From Erysipelotrichaceae bacterium (GTDB lineage Bacteria > Bacillota_I > Bacilli_A > Erysipelotrichales > Erysipelotrichaceae), in assembly GCA_030536365.1 (NCBI GenBank), contig JAUNQE010000001.1, positions 10,137 through 74,136 on the forward strand: a DNA stretch of 64,000 nucleotides, given 5' to 3'. The notes below the pieces were generated by a model that was not told the origin of the DNA, searched no databases, and saw only the letters and a list, made by a program, of their open reading frames with translations. A program made the translations under genes and the position numbers. Every line of letters starts with the position of its first letter. The first letter of the stretch is position 1. Below are positions 51,984 through 62,011 of the stretch, one piece after another.

Positions 51984-51991
51984 AAACAATT

Positions 51992-52498
51992 ATGAACACT
52001 AAGACTCTGACCAGAGTCGCTCTCATTGCGGCAGTTTATACTGTCGTGTCGCTCGCTCTTGCCCCGTTCTCTTTCGGAAATATCCAGGTAAGGATCTCGG
52101 AAGCACTTACGCTTCTGCCGCTGATCTACCAGCCGGCGATCGCCGGAGTTACCCTGGGATGCTTCCTGACGAACCTGATCGGAGCGATGATGGGAGTCAA
52201 TCCGACTGGATTGCTGGATGCAGTGATCGGTACCGCGGCGACATTGATCGCAGCGATGATCACATGGCATTTCCGCAATAAAAAGGTCGCCGGACTGCCT
52301 TTGATCTCGATCCTGGCTCCGGTCGTCCTGAACTTCTTCTTCATCGGCGCAGAACTCGCTGTACTGCTGATGCCGGAAAACGTGATCATGGGAACGCTGA
52401 TCTTTGGTGCGGAAGTTGCCGTCGGCGAACTGATCTCCGTTGTGATCGGTTACTTCCTGATCAAACTCCTGTCCGGAACGAAATTATTTGCGGACTAA
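51992..52498 (+). CDS. queT: queuosine-precursor transporter QueT (ECF S-component-like)
   Basis: 168 aa from the ATG with an AAGGAGG RBS. MNTKTLTRVALIAAVYTVVSLALAPFSFGNIQVRISEALTLLP matches the QueT family as I recall it. Confidence 0.8.
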   Translation: MNTKTLTRVALIAAVYTVVSLALAPFSFGNIQVRISEALTLLPLIYQPAIAGVTLGCFLTNLIGAMMGVNPTGLLDAVIGTAATLIAAMITWHFRNKKVAGLPLISILAPVVLNFFFIGAELAVLLMPENVIMGTLIFGAEVAVGELISVVIGYFLIKLLSGTKLFAD

Positions 52499-52541
52499 AA
52501 AAGATCAGTGATGTGGCACGCCATGTCGCTGATCTTTTTTT
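52497..52541. terminator. bidirectional terminator
   Basis: AAAAAAGATCAGTGA...TCGCTGATCTTTTTTT. Confidence 0.8.
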
Positions 52542-52559
52542 GTTTGTTCGGAAATGGTA

Positions 52560-53228
52560 TTAACGGATCTGCCAGTCGATGGGAGTCAGGCCGTTGGCTG
52601 TAAGATACTGATTCGTTTTTGAAAAATGGTGATTGCCGAAGAATCCGTAATGCGCGGAGAGCGGGCTGGGATGCGGGCTTTCCAGGATCAGATGCTTCGG
52701 ATTGCTGAGCAGCTTTTTCTTTTCTCTTGCCGGTCTGCCCCAGAGCAGAAAAACGAGCGGCGCGTCTTTATGATCCAGTTCCCCGATGATGCGGTCTGTC
52801 AGTGTTTCCCAGCCGTGTTTCGCATGGGAGAATGCCTGACCCTCGCGGACAGTAAGGACCGTATTGAGCAGCAGCACGCCCTGATCCGCCCAGTAAGTCA
52901 GATCGCCGTGTGACGGCATCTGGCATCCGCAGTCAGAGGCGAGCTCCTTATAGATATTGATCAGTGAAGGCGGCGCCGGCACGCCTCTCGGGACGGAGAA
53001 GGATAGACCCATCGCCTGTCCTTTTTCGTGGTAGGGATCCTGCCCGAGAATCACGACTTTGGTCGCTGCGTAGGAAGTCCGGCGCAGAGCGTTGTAAAGA
53101 AACTTTGCCGGCGGAAAGACAGTCCGGGTGCGGTATTCCTCATCGAGGAAAGCCCGGAGCTGCTGATAATAGGGGGCTGTGAATTCTGACTGCAGGACCT
53201 CGTCCCAGTCGTTTCCGATGATACGCAT
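52560..53228 (-). CDS. ung: uracil-DNA glycosylase (family 1)
   Basis: 222 aa from ATG 53228; the ORF-track start at 53237 is a TTG. Motifs GQDPYH and HPSPLS. Confidence 0.9.
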   Translation of the reverse strand: MRIIGNDWDEVLQSEFTAPYYQQLRAFLDEEYRTRTVFPPAKFLYNALRRTSYAATKVVILGQDPYHEKGQAMGLSFSVPRGVPAPPSLINIYKELASDCGCQMPSHGDLTYWADQGVLLLNTVLTVREGQAFSHAKHGWETLTDRIIGELDHKDAPLVFLLWGRPAREKKKLLSNPKHLILESPHPSPLSAHYGFFGNHHFSKTNQYLTANGLTPIDWQIR

Positions 53229-53288
53229 ATACCCCAATTATAGGGGATTTTGGGTTATCATAAAAGCAAGAAGAGGAGACCTCGGTTT

Positions 53289-53729
53289 ATGAAGATTTGT
53301 TTCGAAGATGGTTCCAACGGCCTGGTCAGTATCGGTGACCAGAACATACGCATCGGTGTCGACGGAGTAAAACCGTATGATTTTACTTTCGCGGCAGCAG
53401 CCTCCTGTTTCTACTCCACGGTCCTGACCAACGCGCCGAAATTCGGTGTGGAGATCGAAGCGGCGGAGCTGGAGATCAGCGGCGAGAAGCGTACGGTGAT
53501 CCCGACGACCCTCGAACATTTCGCGATCCACGCGAAGATCGTCTCCGACGCATCGGAAGAGGATCTGAAGACCGTTGTCCGGATCGCTGAAAAAGCCTGC
53601 AGCATGCTGGAGACTCTGCGCCAGGTCGCCAAGGTCGAAGTGACTTTCGAAAAGGTGGAGAGACTCAGCAAAGATCCGATCGTTTATATGGAAGGACCCG
53701 CCTGCGATCTTAAGAGCGGTTCCTGTTAA
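53289..53729 (+). CDS. OsmC/Ohr-family protein
   Basis: 146 aa from ATG 53289; the ORF-track start at 53250 is a TTG. The two-Cys pattern (AAASCF... and EKACSM) is typical of the OsmC family. Confidence 0.65.
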   Translation: MKICFEDGSNGLVSIGDQNIRIGVDGVKPYDFTFAAAASCFYSTVLTNAPKFGVEIEAAELEISGEKRTVIPTTLEHFAIHAKIVSDASEEDLKTVVRIAEKACSMLETLRQVAKVEVTFEKVERLSKDPIVYMEGPACDLKSGSC

Positions 53730-53770
53730 AGGCAATCTCAATCAGTGGCATTTTGCGCTATACTTAATAT

Positions 53771-54619
53771 ATGAGCAGCAAGCATATTTTATGCATTGGT
53801 GAAGCATCCGTCGATTTTCTGTCTCAGCAGAAGGGTGTCCCGTTAAGTGAGGTCAAAGAATATAAAAAGCGCCTTGCCGGTGAAGCGGAACTGGCAGTCA
53901 AGATCGCCAGACGCACCGGCAGCTGCGCTCTTTTAAGCAAGGTCGGGAACGACCGTTTCGGCAAGCTGATCCGCACTTATCTGCAGAAAGAGAATGTGGA
54001 TACCCGTTTCCTGTATGTTGATAAGGATAAAGATACGACAGTGTCTTTTACTGCGCTCGATGAGGACGGTAACTATGCCGAGAAACAGTACCTCACCAGA
54101 GGCGCCGACCTGAATCTGCAGAGCCGGGAGATCGGTCTGCGGGTCCTGGAGAATGTCTCGCTCCTGCATTACGATTCCTACAGCATCCTGTCGGATAACT
54201 ACCGGGCACTGTCCGCGATCTTAAGCTGGTCCTATAAGATGGACGCTTTCCGCGCCTTCTCCCTGGCAAACGATCTGGTCCTCAAAAATAAGAAAGACCG
54301 TGATCTGATCCGCTCGGTCCTGAATGTAACGGATCTCTTCTGCCTGAATGAAGATCAGCTGAAGCATCTGACCGGCCTCTGGGCTCCGGATTTTGCCTGC
54401 GAGATGCTGTTTAAAGAGAATAATGAGCTGCGGGAGATCCTCGTTGAAGAGGACGGATATATCCATCTTTACTGCCGCGACGACCGTCATGAGCGGGTTC
54501 CGCTCGTAAAGGGCAGGGAAAGCGACTTTTTGGCGGCATATCTGTCGCTTATCGCCGATGACCGCAAGGCAAACCGCTTCGGATTCCTGAAAGCGGCGGC
54601 TGTACTGATCAATTTCTGA
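53771..54619 (+). CDS. PfkB/ribokinase-family-like protein with degenerate signature motifs
   Basis: 282 aa. CIGEASVDF resembles the fructokinase N-terminus. The GG..N and DTTGAGD motifs are not recognisable. There is no SD; a TATACT box lies 6 nt upstream of the ATG. Confidence 0.6.
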   Translation: MSSKHILCIGEASVDFLSQQKGVPLSEVKEYKKRLAGEAELAVKIARRTGSCALLSKVGNDRFGKLIRTYLQKENVDTRFLYVDKDKDTTVSFTALDEDGNYAEKQYLTRGADLNLQSREIGLRVLENVSLLHYDSYSILSDNYRALSAILSWSYKMDAFRAFSLANDLVLKNKKDRDLIRSVLNVTDLFCLNEDQLKHLTGLWAPDFACEMLFKENNELREILVEEDGYIHLYCRDDRHERVPLVKGRESDFLAAYLSLIADDRKANRFGFLKAAAVLINF

Positions 54620-54643
54620 TCAAAATTACATTTCTTGGGAAAT

Positions 54644-54676
54644 AAAACAGCGGGTTTTCCCGCTGTTTTTCGTTTT
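54644..54676 (+). terminator. rho-independent terminator
   Basis: AAAACAGCGGG-tttt-CCCGCTGTTTT followed by TCGTTTTT. Confidence 0.85.
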
Positions 54677-54786
54677 TCGGGAAGAAAAAGATGCTTTTTC
54701 AGGATAAAAAAAGAAACGCCGATGTACGTTGTTCTAACGACATTTAAAAAAGTAGCTAAAAAAGCACATTTTCTCGCATTTTATGC

Positions 54787-54815
54787 TTGAAATTAAACAT
54801 TGATTTGCATATAAT
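54787..54815 (+). promoter_or_regulatory. sigma-70-type promoter of the S10 ribosomal protein operon
   Basis: TTGAAA (54787-92), a 17-nt spacer, then TATAAT (54810-15). An A/T-rich UP-like region lies upstream. It predicts a leader of about 125 nt. Confidence 0.7.
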
Positions 54816-54946
54816 AATCAAGCGCTCGCGAAGATATGGGAGGTTGCCGGCACGCCGATACCTGTGTGACTGCGTGATAACCGGGGAATTCACATGGAGT
54901 GAGTTATCGAAGCGATTCGATAGATGAAATGAAGGAGGAAGATTTC

Positions 54947-55258
54947 ATGGCAAAGAATAACGTAAGAATCAAATTAAAAGCTTACGAACATCGTTCTCTT
55001 GATGTTGCGACTGAAAAGATCGTCAGAGCTGCAGAAGACGGTGGCGTTAAAAAAGTCATCGGCCCGATCCCGCTCCCGACAGAAAAGCAGATCGTTACCA
55101 TCTTACGTTCACCGCACAAATACAAAGATTCGCGTGAACAGTTCGAAATTCGTACGCACAAGCGTCTCATCGAGATCATCGGCCCCAGCGCCAAGACAGT
55201 TGATGCCTTAACTCGTCTTGAACTGCCGAGCGGCGTTGATATCGAAATCAAACTTTAA
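54947..55258 (+). CDS. rpsJ: 30S ribosomal protein S10
   Basis: 103 aa. [19 protein letters not shown]...; AAGGAGG RBS. The ORF-track start at 54899 is an upstream in-frame GTG. Confidence 0.95.
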   Translation: MAKNNVRIKLKAYEHRSLDVATEKIVRAAEDGGVKKVIGPIPLPTEKQIVTILRSPHKYKDSREQFEIRTHKRLIEIIGPSAKTVDALTRLELPSGVDIEIKL

Positions 55259-55277
55259 AGAGTAGAAAGGTGACATC

Positions 55278-55970
55278 ATGAAAGGAATACTTGGTAGAAA
55301 ACTCGGTATGACTCAGGTGTTCGCTAACAACGGTGCCTTAATTCCGGTTACTGTTATCGAATGCGAACCGAACGTCGTACTGCAGAAAAAAGAAGTAAAG
55401 ACTGATGGCTATGATGCGATCCAGCTCGGTTTCGAAGACATCAAAGAAAACCGTCTGAACAAACCGGTCCTGGGCCACATCAAAAAAGCAGGTGTCAGTC
55501 CGAAACGTTTCATCAAAGAAATCAGAGCTGATGAAATGATGAATCTCGAAGTTGGCCAGGAAGTTAAAGTTGATCTCTTTTCCGCTGGTGACATCGTCGA
55601 TGTAACAGGCGTCAGCAAGGGTCATGGCTACACCGGCACGATCGCCCGCTATAACGCGCAGCGCGGACCGGTCTCCCACGGTGGATCTAAGAACATCCGC
55701 CACATCGGCTCCATGGCTTCAACCGGACGTAACAACGGTCGTATCGAAAAGAACACACCGATGCCGGGTCACGATGGTGTATACACAACCACCAACCAGA
55801 ACCTGGAAGTCATTAAGGTCGATGCTGAACAGAACTACATTCTGGTCAAGGGTAACGTCCCGGGTCCGAAGAAGGGTCTGGTCATGATCAAGACAACCGC
55901 TAAACCTGTTAAACACGTTGCAGCCAAGGAACTGCTCGACAGAACCCCGGCTGAAGAGAAGGAGGCTTAA
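55278..55970 (+). CDS. rplC: 50S ribosomal protein L3
   Basis: 230 aa. [15 protein letters not shown]... Confidence 0.95.
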   Translation: MKGILGRKLGMTQVFANNGALIPVTVIECEPNVVLQKKEVKTDGYDAIQLGFEDIKENRLNKPVLGHIKKAGVSPKRFIKEIRADEMMNLEVGQEVKVDLFSAGDIVDVTGVSKGHGYTGTIARYNAQRGPVSHGGSKNIRHIGSMASTGRNNGRIEKNTPMPGHDGVYTTTNQNLEVIKVDAEQNYILVKGNVPGPKKGLVMIKTTAKPVKHVAAKELLDRTPAEEKEA

Positions 55971-55973
55971 TTC

Positions 55974-56603
55974 ATGGCAAAATTTGATGTTTTTGATCTC
56001 GCAGCCAAAAAGGTTGGAGAAGTTGAATTAGCCGACAGTGTATTCGGAATCGAACCGAATAATCAGGCGATCTTCGATGCTGTTCTGTTACAGCAGGCAT
56101 CCTGGCGTCAGGGTACTCATGACACCAAGAGCAGAAGCGAAGTTTCCGGCGGCGGCAAGAAGCCGTACCGTCAGAAGGGTACAGGCCGCGCTCGTCAGGG
56201 TTCTACGAGAGCTACTCAGTGGAGACACGGTGGCATCCCGTTCGGTCCGACACCGCGCAGCTACACATTCAAGCTCAACCGTAAGGTTCGCAGACTTGCA
56301 TTAAGAAGTGCATTAAGCCTGAAAGCCAAGGAAGAGAACATCACCGTCCTGAACGGATTGACATTCGAAAATGCTAAGACAAAGGAATTCGTCAAGCTGC
56401 TCGATACATTCAATTTCGATCAGAAAGTCCTGTTCGTCATCGACGCTGAAGAAGATTTCGAAAATGCTTATCTGGCATCCCGCAACCTTCCGAAAGTTGA
56501 GATGGTAACCGTCGAAGGCTTAAACATCTTCGATCTGATGAATGCCGCAAAGCTGGTTGTCACAGAGGCAGCTGGTAAGAAATTAGGGGAGGTACTGGCC
56601 TAA
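55974..56603 (+). CDS. rplD: 50S ribosomal protein L4
   Basis: 209 aa; ...KKPYRQKGTGRARQGS... motif. Confidence 0.95.
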   Translation: MAKFDVFDLAAKKVGEVELADSVFGIEPNNQAIFDAVLLQQASWRQGTHDTKSRSEVSGGGKKPYRQKGTGRARQGSTRATQWRHGGIPFGPTPRSYTFKLNRKVRRLALRSALSLKAKEENITVLNGLTFENAKTKEFVKLLDTFNFDQKVLFVIDAEEDFENAYLASRNLPKVEMVTVEGLNIFDLMNAAKLVVTEAAGKKLGEVLA

Positions 56604-56893
56604 TGAGTAACGCAAGAGAATTGATCATTAAGCCTGTTGTTACCGAAAAGAGCTTAAAGATCCAGGAAGAAAACAACACTGTCGTCTTCGAAGTCGAAAA
56701 GAGCATGAACAAGATCCATGTAAAGCAGGCTATCGAAGAGATCTACAAAGTCAAGGTCGAGAGCGTTAACATCGTTAACACAAAGTCCAAGACAAAGAGA
56801 GTCGGACGTTACACCGGTAAGACTCATGCCTTCAAGAAGGCCTACATTAAATTAGCTGAAGGATCCAGCATCACGATCCTCGGCGACAAATAA
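56603..56893 (+). CDS. rplW: 50S ribosomal protein L23
   Basis: 96 aa; IKPVVTEKS... motif and its position in the operon. Confidence 0.95.
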   Translation: MSNARELIIKPVVTEKSLKIQEENNTVVFEVEKSMNKIHVKQAIEEIYKVKVESVNIVNTKSKTKRVGRYTGKTHAFKKAYIKLAEGSSITILGDK

Positions 56894-56966
56894 TCCTTAT
56901 ATATAGATAAGGAAAACTATCGGAAGAAAATGCGAATTCCGGATAATTGCATTAGGAGGAAAAACA

Positions 56967-57800
56967 ATGGCGATTAAAAAGTATAAGCCAACGACTCCGG
57001 GCAGAAGAGGCATGACCGGTTTAACTTTCGAGGAGATCACAAAATCCACTCCTGAGAAAAGCTTAACAGTCAAGTTCTCCAAGACCGGCGGTCGTAACAA
57101 TGCTGGTAAGATCACTGTCCGTCATCATGGCGGCGGTCACAAACAGCGCTATCGTATCGTTGATTTCAAACGTAACAAAGATAACATCCCGGCAAAGGTC
57201 GCTTCTATCGAATACGATCCGAACCGTAACGCTAACATCGCTCTTCTGAACTATGTCGATGGCGAAAAGCGTTATATTCTCGCTCCTCAGGGACTCACAG
57301 TCGGTATGACCGTTGTCTCCGGCGAGAAGACCGATATCAAGATTGGTAATGCCTGCGAACTGCGCAACATGCCTGAAGGTACAATCGTTCACAACGTTGA
57401 ACTGAAGCCGGGCAAGGGCGGTCAGCTGGCTAGAGCTGCTGGCGTCAGCGCTCAGATCCTCGGTATCGAAGACAAGTACGTCACACTGCGTCTGGCAAGC
57501 GGCGAAGTCCGTAAGGTCCTCGCAAACTGCCGTGGTTCCATCGGTACAGTCGGCAATGGCGACTACAACCTGATCAACCTCGGTAAAGCCGGCCGTACAA
57601 GATGGCTCGGCATCCGTCCGACAGTCAGAGGTTCTGTCATGAACCCGGTCGACCACCCGCATGGTGGTGGTGAAGGCCGCGCTCCGGTTGGACGTAAATC
57701 ACCAATGACACCTTGGGGCAAGAAAGCTATGGGTGTTAAGACACGTAAATCCAAGAATGCTTCCGACGCATTAATCGTCAGAAGAAGAAATGGTAAGTAA
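56967..57800 (+). CDS. rplB: 50S ribosomal protein L2
   Basis: 277 aa. [14 protein letters not shown]...; it is preceded by a 73-nt spacer containing the hairpin TCCTTAT-atatag-ATAAGGA. Confidence 0.95.
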   Translation: MAIKKYKPTTPGRRGMTGLTFEEITKSTPEKSLTVKFSKTGGRNNAGKITVRHHGGGHKQRYRIVDFKRNKDNIPAKVASIEYDPNRNANIALLNYVDGEKRYILAPQGLTVGMTVVSGEKTDIKIGNACELRNMPEGTIVHNVELKPGKGGQLARAAGVSAQILGIEDKYVTLRLASGEVRKVLANCRGSIGTVGNGDYNLINLGKAGRTRWLGIRPTVRGSVMNPVDHPHGGGEGRAPVGRKSPMTPWGKKAMGVKTRKSKNASDALIVRRRNGK

Positions 57801-57818
57801 CGGGAAGGAGAAAGAAAG

Positions 57819-58088
57819 ATGAGTCGTAGTTTAAAGAAGGGCCCGTTCGTCGATGAACATCTGATGAAGAAAGTCGAAGAACTCAACAAGGTCAATAAAA
57901 AAGAAGTTATCAAGACTTGGTCACGTCGTTCAACTATTTTCCCGGCTTTCGTTGAACACACCTTCGCTGTTTACAACGGCAAGGAGCATGTACCGGTATA
58001 TGTAACCGAGGATATGGTCGGCCATAAGCTCGGTGAATTCGTTCCGACACGTCGTTTCGGCGGTCACGGAGCAGATAAGAAGGCATAA
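57819..58088 (+). CDS. rpsS: 30S ribosomal protein S19
   Basis: 89 aa. [12 protein letters not shown]... Confidence 0.95.
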   Translation: MSRSLKKGPFVDEHLMKKVEELNKVNKKEVIKTWSRRSTIFPAFVEHTFAVYNGKEHVPVYVTEDMVGHKLGEFVPTRRFGGHGADKKA

Positions 58089-58100
58089 GGAGGAAAAAAC

Positions 58101-58433
58101 ATGGAAGTAAAAGCAACCGCTAAAACGGTCCGCATCTCTCCTCGCAGAACCCGCCTTGTGCTGGACCTGATCAGAGGCAAAGATGTCAAGGAAGCATTAG
58201 CTATCCTGAAATTCACACCGAACCGTGCTGCAGAGATCATCACCAAAGTTGTTAAGTCCGCTGCTGCTAACGCAACACACAACTTCCAGCTTGATGAAGA
58301 AAAGCTCTACATTAAAGCATGCTATGCAAACGAAGGAGTTACATTAAAGAGATTCCTTCCGCGCGCAAAAGGTTCTGCATCTGCGCTCAACAAACGCACC
58401 AGCCACATCACTGTTGTGGTTGAAGAAAGATAA
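58101..58433 (+). CDS. rplV: 50S ribosomal protein L22
   Basis: 110 aa; ...[18 protein letters not shown]... Confidence 0.95.
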   Translation: MEVKATAKTVRISPRRTRLVLDLIRGKDVKEALAILKFTPNRAAEIITKVVKSAAANATHNFQLDEEKLYIKACYANEGVTLKRFLPRAKGSASALNKRTSHITVVVEER

Positions 58434-58444
58434 GGAGGGAAACC

Positions 58445-59221
58445 ATGGGTCAGAAAGTTAGTCCGGTAGGATTCAGAGTAGGCGTTATCCGCGACTGGGA
58501 AAGCCGCTGGTATGCTGAAAAAGAATACGGCGATCTGCTTCAGGAAGACATCAAAGTCCGTAAGCTGATCGAAAAGGAATGCAATACCAAAGAATATATG
58601 GTCTCCCGCGTTGAGATCGAACGCAGTAAGAACCGTCTCAATCTCGTCATCCGTACAGCTCGTCCCGGCATGTTCGTCGGTGCAGACGGCGCTAAGCTGG
58701 ATGATCTGAAGAAAAAGGTCGCTAAGATCGCTGGTGAAAAACAGGTTGAAATCAGCGTTGTCGAAGTTGCCAACCCGGATCTCGATGCAACTCTGGTTGC
58801 AAACAAGATCGCTAAGATGCTTGAAGAACGTCAGTCCTTCCGTACAGCTCAGAAGAAGACGATCCAGCAGACAATGCGCAGCGGCGCTAAGGGTATCAAA
58901 ACCAAAGTCAGCGGTCGTTTAGGCGGTGCAGATATCGCCCGTGCTGAAGGCTACTCTGAAGGCGTTGTTCCGCTTCATACACTTCGTTCCGATATCGACT
59001 ATGCATTAGCAGAAGCGATGACAACATACGGTATCCTGGGCGTTAAAGTCTGGATCTGCCGTGGTGAAGTCTTACCGGGCGAAATGGCTAAGGAACCGGA
59101 AAAACCGAAAAACACTCGCGACAATGGCCGTCGTTTCAACCGTCGTCCGCGTCGTGATGCTGCTCCGGCAGAAGCTCCGAAGGCTGCTCCGGCTGCAGCT
59201 GAAAAGAAGGAGGGTGAATAA
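58445..59221 (+). CDS. rpsC: 30S ribosomal protein S3 (with a Lys/Ala/Pro/Arg-rich C-terminal extension)
   Basis: 258 aa. [13 protein letters not shown]...; the C-terminal ~40 residues are low-complexity. Confidence 0.95.
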   Translation: MGQKVSPVGFRVGVIRDWESRWYAEKEYGDLLQEDIKVRKLIEKECNTKEYMVSRVEIERSKNRLNLVIRTARPGMFVGADGAKLDDLKKKVAKIAGEKQVEISVVEVANPDLDATLVANKIAKMLEERQSFRTAQKKTIQQTMRSGAKGIKTKVSGRLGGADIARAEGYSEGVVPLHTLRSDIDYALAEAMTTYGILGVKVWICRGEVLPGEMAKEPEKPKNTRDNGRRFNRRPRRDAAPAEAPKAAPAAAEKKEGE

Positions 59222-59223
59222 TT

Positions 59224-59640
59224 ATGTTAATGCCAAAGCGTACTAAATATCGCCGTCCTCATCGTTTAAGCTATGAAGGCCTCTCCAAAGGCGGCACAGA
59301 AGTCGCATTCGGAGAATTCGGCCTGAAGGCTATGAGCGGTGCGTACATCTCTAACAACCAGATCGAGGCTGCCCGTGTTGCCATGACACGTTACATGAGC
59401 AGAACCGGTAAAGTCTGGATCAAGATCTTCCCGCATCACGCAATCACCAAGAAGCCTCTGGAAGTCCGTATGGGTTCCGGTAAAGGTGCTCCTGAAGGAT
59501 GGGTTGCTGTTGTTCAGAAGGGCAGAGTCATGTTCGAAATCGCCGGCGTCAGCGAAGAGGTCGCTCGTGAAGCTTTCCGTCTCGCTAGCCACAAGCTGCC
59601 GGTTAAGTGCAAATTTGTCAAGAAAGGAGAGTCGCTGTGA
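59224..59640 (+). CDS. rplP: 50S ribosomal protein L16
   Basis: 138 aa. [11 protein letters not shown]... Confidence 0.95.
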   Translation: MLMPKRTKYRRPHRLSYEGLSKGGTEVAFGEFGLKAMSGAYISNNQIEAARVAMTRYMSRTGKVWIKIFPHHAITKKPLEVRMGSGKGAPEGWVAVVQKGRVMFEIAGVSEEVAREAFRLASHKLPVKCKFVKKGESL

Positions 59641-59840
59641 ATATAAGAGAAATCCGTGCAACATCTGATGCCGAACTCCTGAAAAAGGTTGAAGAAATGA
59701 AAGCGGAATTATTCGATCTTCGTTTTGAAAGAGCGACTGGTTCCATTGACAACCCAATGCGCATGCGCGAACTGAAGAAGTCTATCGCACGTATCAAGAC
59801 TGTCTTAAAAGAAAGAGAAATGACAGCTAAGGAGGACTAA
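59637..59840 (+). CDS. rpmC: 50S ribosomal protein L29
   Basis: 67 aa from GTG 59637, which overlaps the L16 stop (GTGA). [28 protein letters not shown]... The ORF-track start at 59607 lies inside rplP. Confidence 0.85.
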   Translation: MNIREIRATSDAELLKKVEEMKAELFDLRFERATGSIDNPMRMRELKKSIARIKTVLKEREMTAKED

Positions 59841-59843
59841 TCG

Positions 59844-60107
59844 ATGGAAAGAGAAACAAGCAGACGCGTATTACGCGGTAAAGTCGTATCCGATAAGATG
59901 GACAAATCCATCGTTGTCGAAGTAAGTACTTCAAAGAGTCATCCTCTCTATAAGAAAAAAGTAAAGGTCTCTCACCGTTACAAAGCACATGATGAAAACA
60001 ATGAAGCCAAGGTCGGCGACATCGTTGTAATCATGGAGACAAGACCTTTAAGTGCCCAGAAGCACTTCCGCCTTGTAGAGATTGTTGAAAAAGCCGTTAT
60101 TCTTTAG
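59844..60107 (+). CDS. rpsQ: 30S ribosomal protein S17
   Basis: 87 aa; ...[16 protein letters not shown]... Confidence 0.95.
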   Translation: MERETSRRVLRGKVVSDKMDKSIVVEVSTSKSHPLYKKKVKVSHRYKAHDENNEAKVGDIVVIMETRPLSAQKHFRLVEIVEKAVIL

Positions 60108-60121
60108 TGGAGGTATAAAAC

Positions 60122-60490
60122 ATGATTATCAATGAAACAAGATTAAATGTTGCAGATAATACCGGTGCTAAGGAATTACTGGTCATTCGCTGCTTAGGCG
60201 GATCTCACAGAAAAAGCTCCAATATCGGCGACATCGTCGTCTGTGCAGTTAAAGAAGCTGCTCCAGGCGGAAACGTTAAGAAGAGCCAGGTCGTTAAGGC
60301 TGTTATCGTACGTTCCAAGTATGGTATCAACCGTGCGAATGGTTCCCACATCCGTTTTGATGACAACGCTGCTGTCATCATCAAAGAAGATCTGACACCT
60401 GTCGGAACACGTATTTTCGGACCTGTTGCAAGAGAACTTCGTGATAAAGGCTTCATGAAGATCGTCTCTCTGGCTCCGGAAGTACTTTAA
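60122..60490 (+). CDS. rplN: 50S ribosomal protein L14
   Basis: 122 aa. [17 protein letters not shown]... Confidence 0.95.
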   Translation: MIINETRLNVADNTGAKELLVIRCLGGSHRKSSNIGDIVVCAVKEAAPGGNVKKSQVVKAVIVRSKYGINRANGSHIRFDDNAAVIIKEDLTPVGTRIFGPVARELRDKGFMKIVSLAPEVL

Positions 60491-60502
60491 GGAGGACAAA
60501 CC

Positions 60503-60823
60503 ATGAAAATCAAAAAAGGCGATAAAGTAAAAGTTATTGCAGGTAATGATAAGGGTACAGTTGCTGAAGTAACTGCTGTCTTCCCGTCAAAGAACAAAGT
60601 CATCGTTGAAGGCGTTAACATCGCCAAGAAAGCTTTAAAGCCCACCCAGGAAAACCCGGATGGCGGTATCGTCAACAAGGAAATGCCGATCGATGCCAGC
60701 AACGTCATGGTATACGACAGCAAGTCCAAGCAGGCTTCCAGAGTCGGTTTCAAAGTTGAAAAAGGCAATAAGGTCCGCATCTACAAGAAGACTGGTGCTG
60801 AGATCAAGGGAGGTAAGAAGTAA
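60503..60823 (+). CDS. rplX: 50S ribosomal protein L24
   Basis: 106 aa. [18 protein letters not shown]... Confidence 0.95.
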   Translation: MKIKKGDKVKVIAGNDKGTVAEVTAVFPSKNKVIVEGVNIAKKALKPTQENPDGGIVNKEMPIDASNVMVYDSKSKQASRVGFKVEKGNKVRIYKKTGAEIKGGKK

Positions 60824-61365
60824 TGAACCGCTTACAGGAAAGATATAACACCGAGATCAAGGAAAACCTGATCAAACAGTTCAATTACACAACTCCGATG
60901 CAGTGCCCGAGACTCGAGAAGATCGTTATCAACCTCGGCGTCGGTGATGCTATCGCAAACCCGAAAGCTCTGGAAGATGCAGTCACTGAGTTAACAGCTT
61001 TATCCGGTCAGAAACCGGTCATCACAAAGGCTAAGAAGTCCGTCGCGAACTTCAAGCTGCGTGAAGGTATGGAGATCGGCTGTAAGGTCACTCTCCGTAA
61101 GGAAAGAATGTATGAATTCTTCGATAAGCTGGTTTCGATCGCTCTCCCGCGTGTACGTGACTTCCGTGGTGTTTCCACAACCGCTTTTGACGGAAGAGGC
61201 AACTACACATTAGGCGTTAAAGAACAGATCATCTTCCCGGAGATCCAGTATGACAAAGTCAACAAGGTCAGAGGTATGGATGTCGTTATCGTTACAAGCG
61301 CCAACACAAACGAAGAAGCATTTGCCTTATTAAAGGAAATGGGCATGCCGTTCGCTAAGCAGTAA
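60823..61365 (+). CDS. rplE: 50S ribosomal protein L5
   Basis: 180 aa. [13 protein letters not shown]... Confidence 0.95.
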   Translation: MNRLQERYNTEIKENLIKQFNYTTPMQCPRLEKIVINLGVGDAIANPKALEDAVTELTALSGQKPVITKAKKSVANFKLREGMEIGCKVTLRKERMYEFFDKLVSIALPRVRDFRGVSTTAFDGRGNYTLGVKEQIIFPEIQYDKVNKVRGMDVVIVTSANTNEEAFALLKEMGMPFAKQ

Positions 61366-61384
61366 GAAGGAGGATTAAGAGACT

Positions 61385-61570
61385 ATGGCAAAGACATCAA
61401 TGAAGATCAAAGCACATCGTCCGCAGAAGTTCTCCGCTCGTGAATACACACGCTGTGAACGCTGCGGCCGTCCGCATTCCGTTTTAAGAAAGTATAAGCT
61501 CTGCCGTATCTGCTTCCGTGAGCTGGCTTACAAGGGCCAGATCCCGGGTGTTAAGAAGGCAAGCTGGTAA
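61385..61570 (+). CDS. rpsZ: 30S ribosomal protein S14 type Z (zinc-ribbon form)
   Basis: 61 aa with CERCGRP...CRIC (four Cys). Confidence 0.95.
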   Translation: MAKTSMKIKAHRPQKFSAREYTRCERCGRPHSVLRKYKLCRICFRELAYKGQIPGVKKASW

Positions 61571-61590
61571 GAAGAAGGAGGAAAGCAAAA

Positions 61591-61995
61591 ATGATGAATA
61601 TGACAGATCCGATTGCGGATATGCTGACAAGAGTCCGCAACGCCTTACATGCTGACCTTCCGACAGTTGAAGTACCAGCAAGCAAGGTAAAGTGCGAAAT
61701 CGCACGTATCTTAAAGGAAGAGAATTACATTTCTGACTATTCCGTAGAAGGCGAAACAGCCAAGGACAAGAAGATTGTTATCACATTAAAGTATGCTGAA
61801 AACAATCAGAAGGTCATCTCCGGAATCAAGCGTATCTCCAAGCCGGGCTTACGCGTTTACGCAAAAGCTGATGCAGTACCGCGTGTATTAAACGGTCTGG
61901 GAATCGCTATCATTTCCACATCTCACGGTCTTATGACTGACCGCGATGCTCGTAAGAAACAGTTAGGCGGCGAAGTAGTCGCATACGTCTGGTAA
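61591..61995 (+). CDS. rpsH: 30S ribosomal protein S8
   Basis: 134 aa; ...[15 protein letters not shown]... Confidence 0.95.
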   Translation: MMNMTDPIADMLTRVRNALHADLPTVEVPASKVKCEIARILKEENYISDYSVEGETAKDKKIVITLKYAENNQKVISGIKRISKPGLRVYAKADAVPRVLNGLGIAIISTSHGLMTDRDARKKQLGGEVVAYVW

Positions 61996-62011
61996 TTAAA
62001 AGGAGAAATCA

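Noticed and set aside
56894-56966. The 73-nt spacer between rplW and rplB, with hairpins (TCCTTAT/ATAAGGA and CGGAA/TTCCG), considered as a possible small RNA or missing gene.
   Set aside because: No ORF with an RBS fits, the stems are short and AT-rich, and such spacers occur in S10 operons. I noted it in the rplB evidence only.
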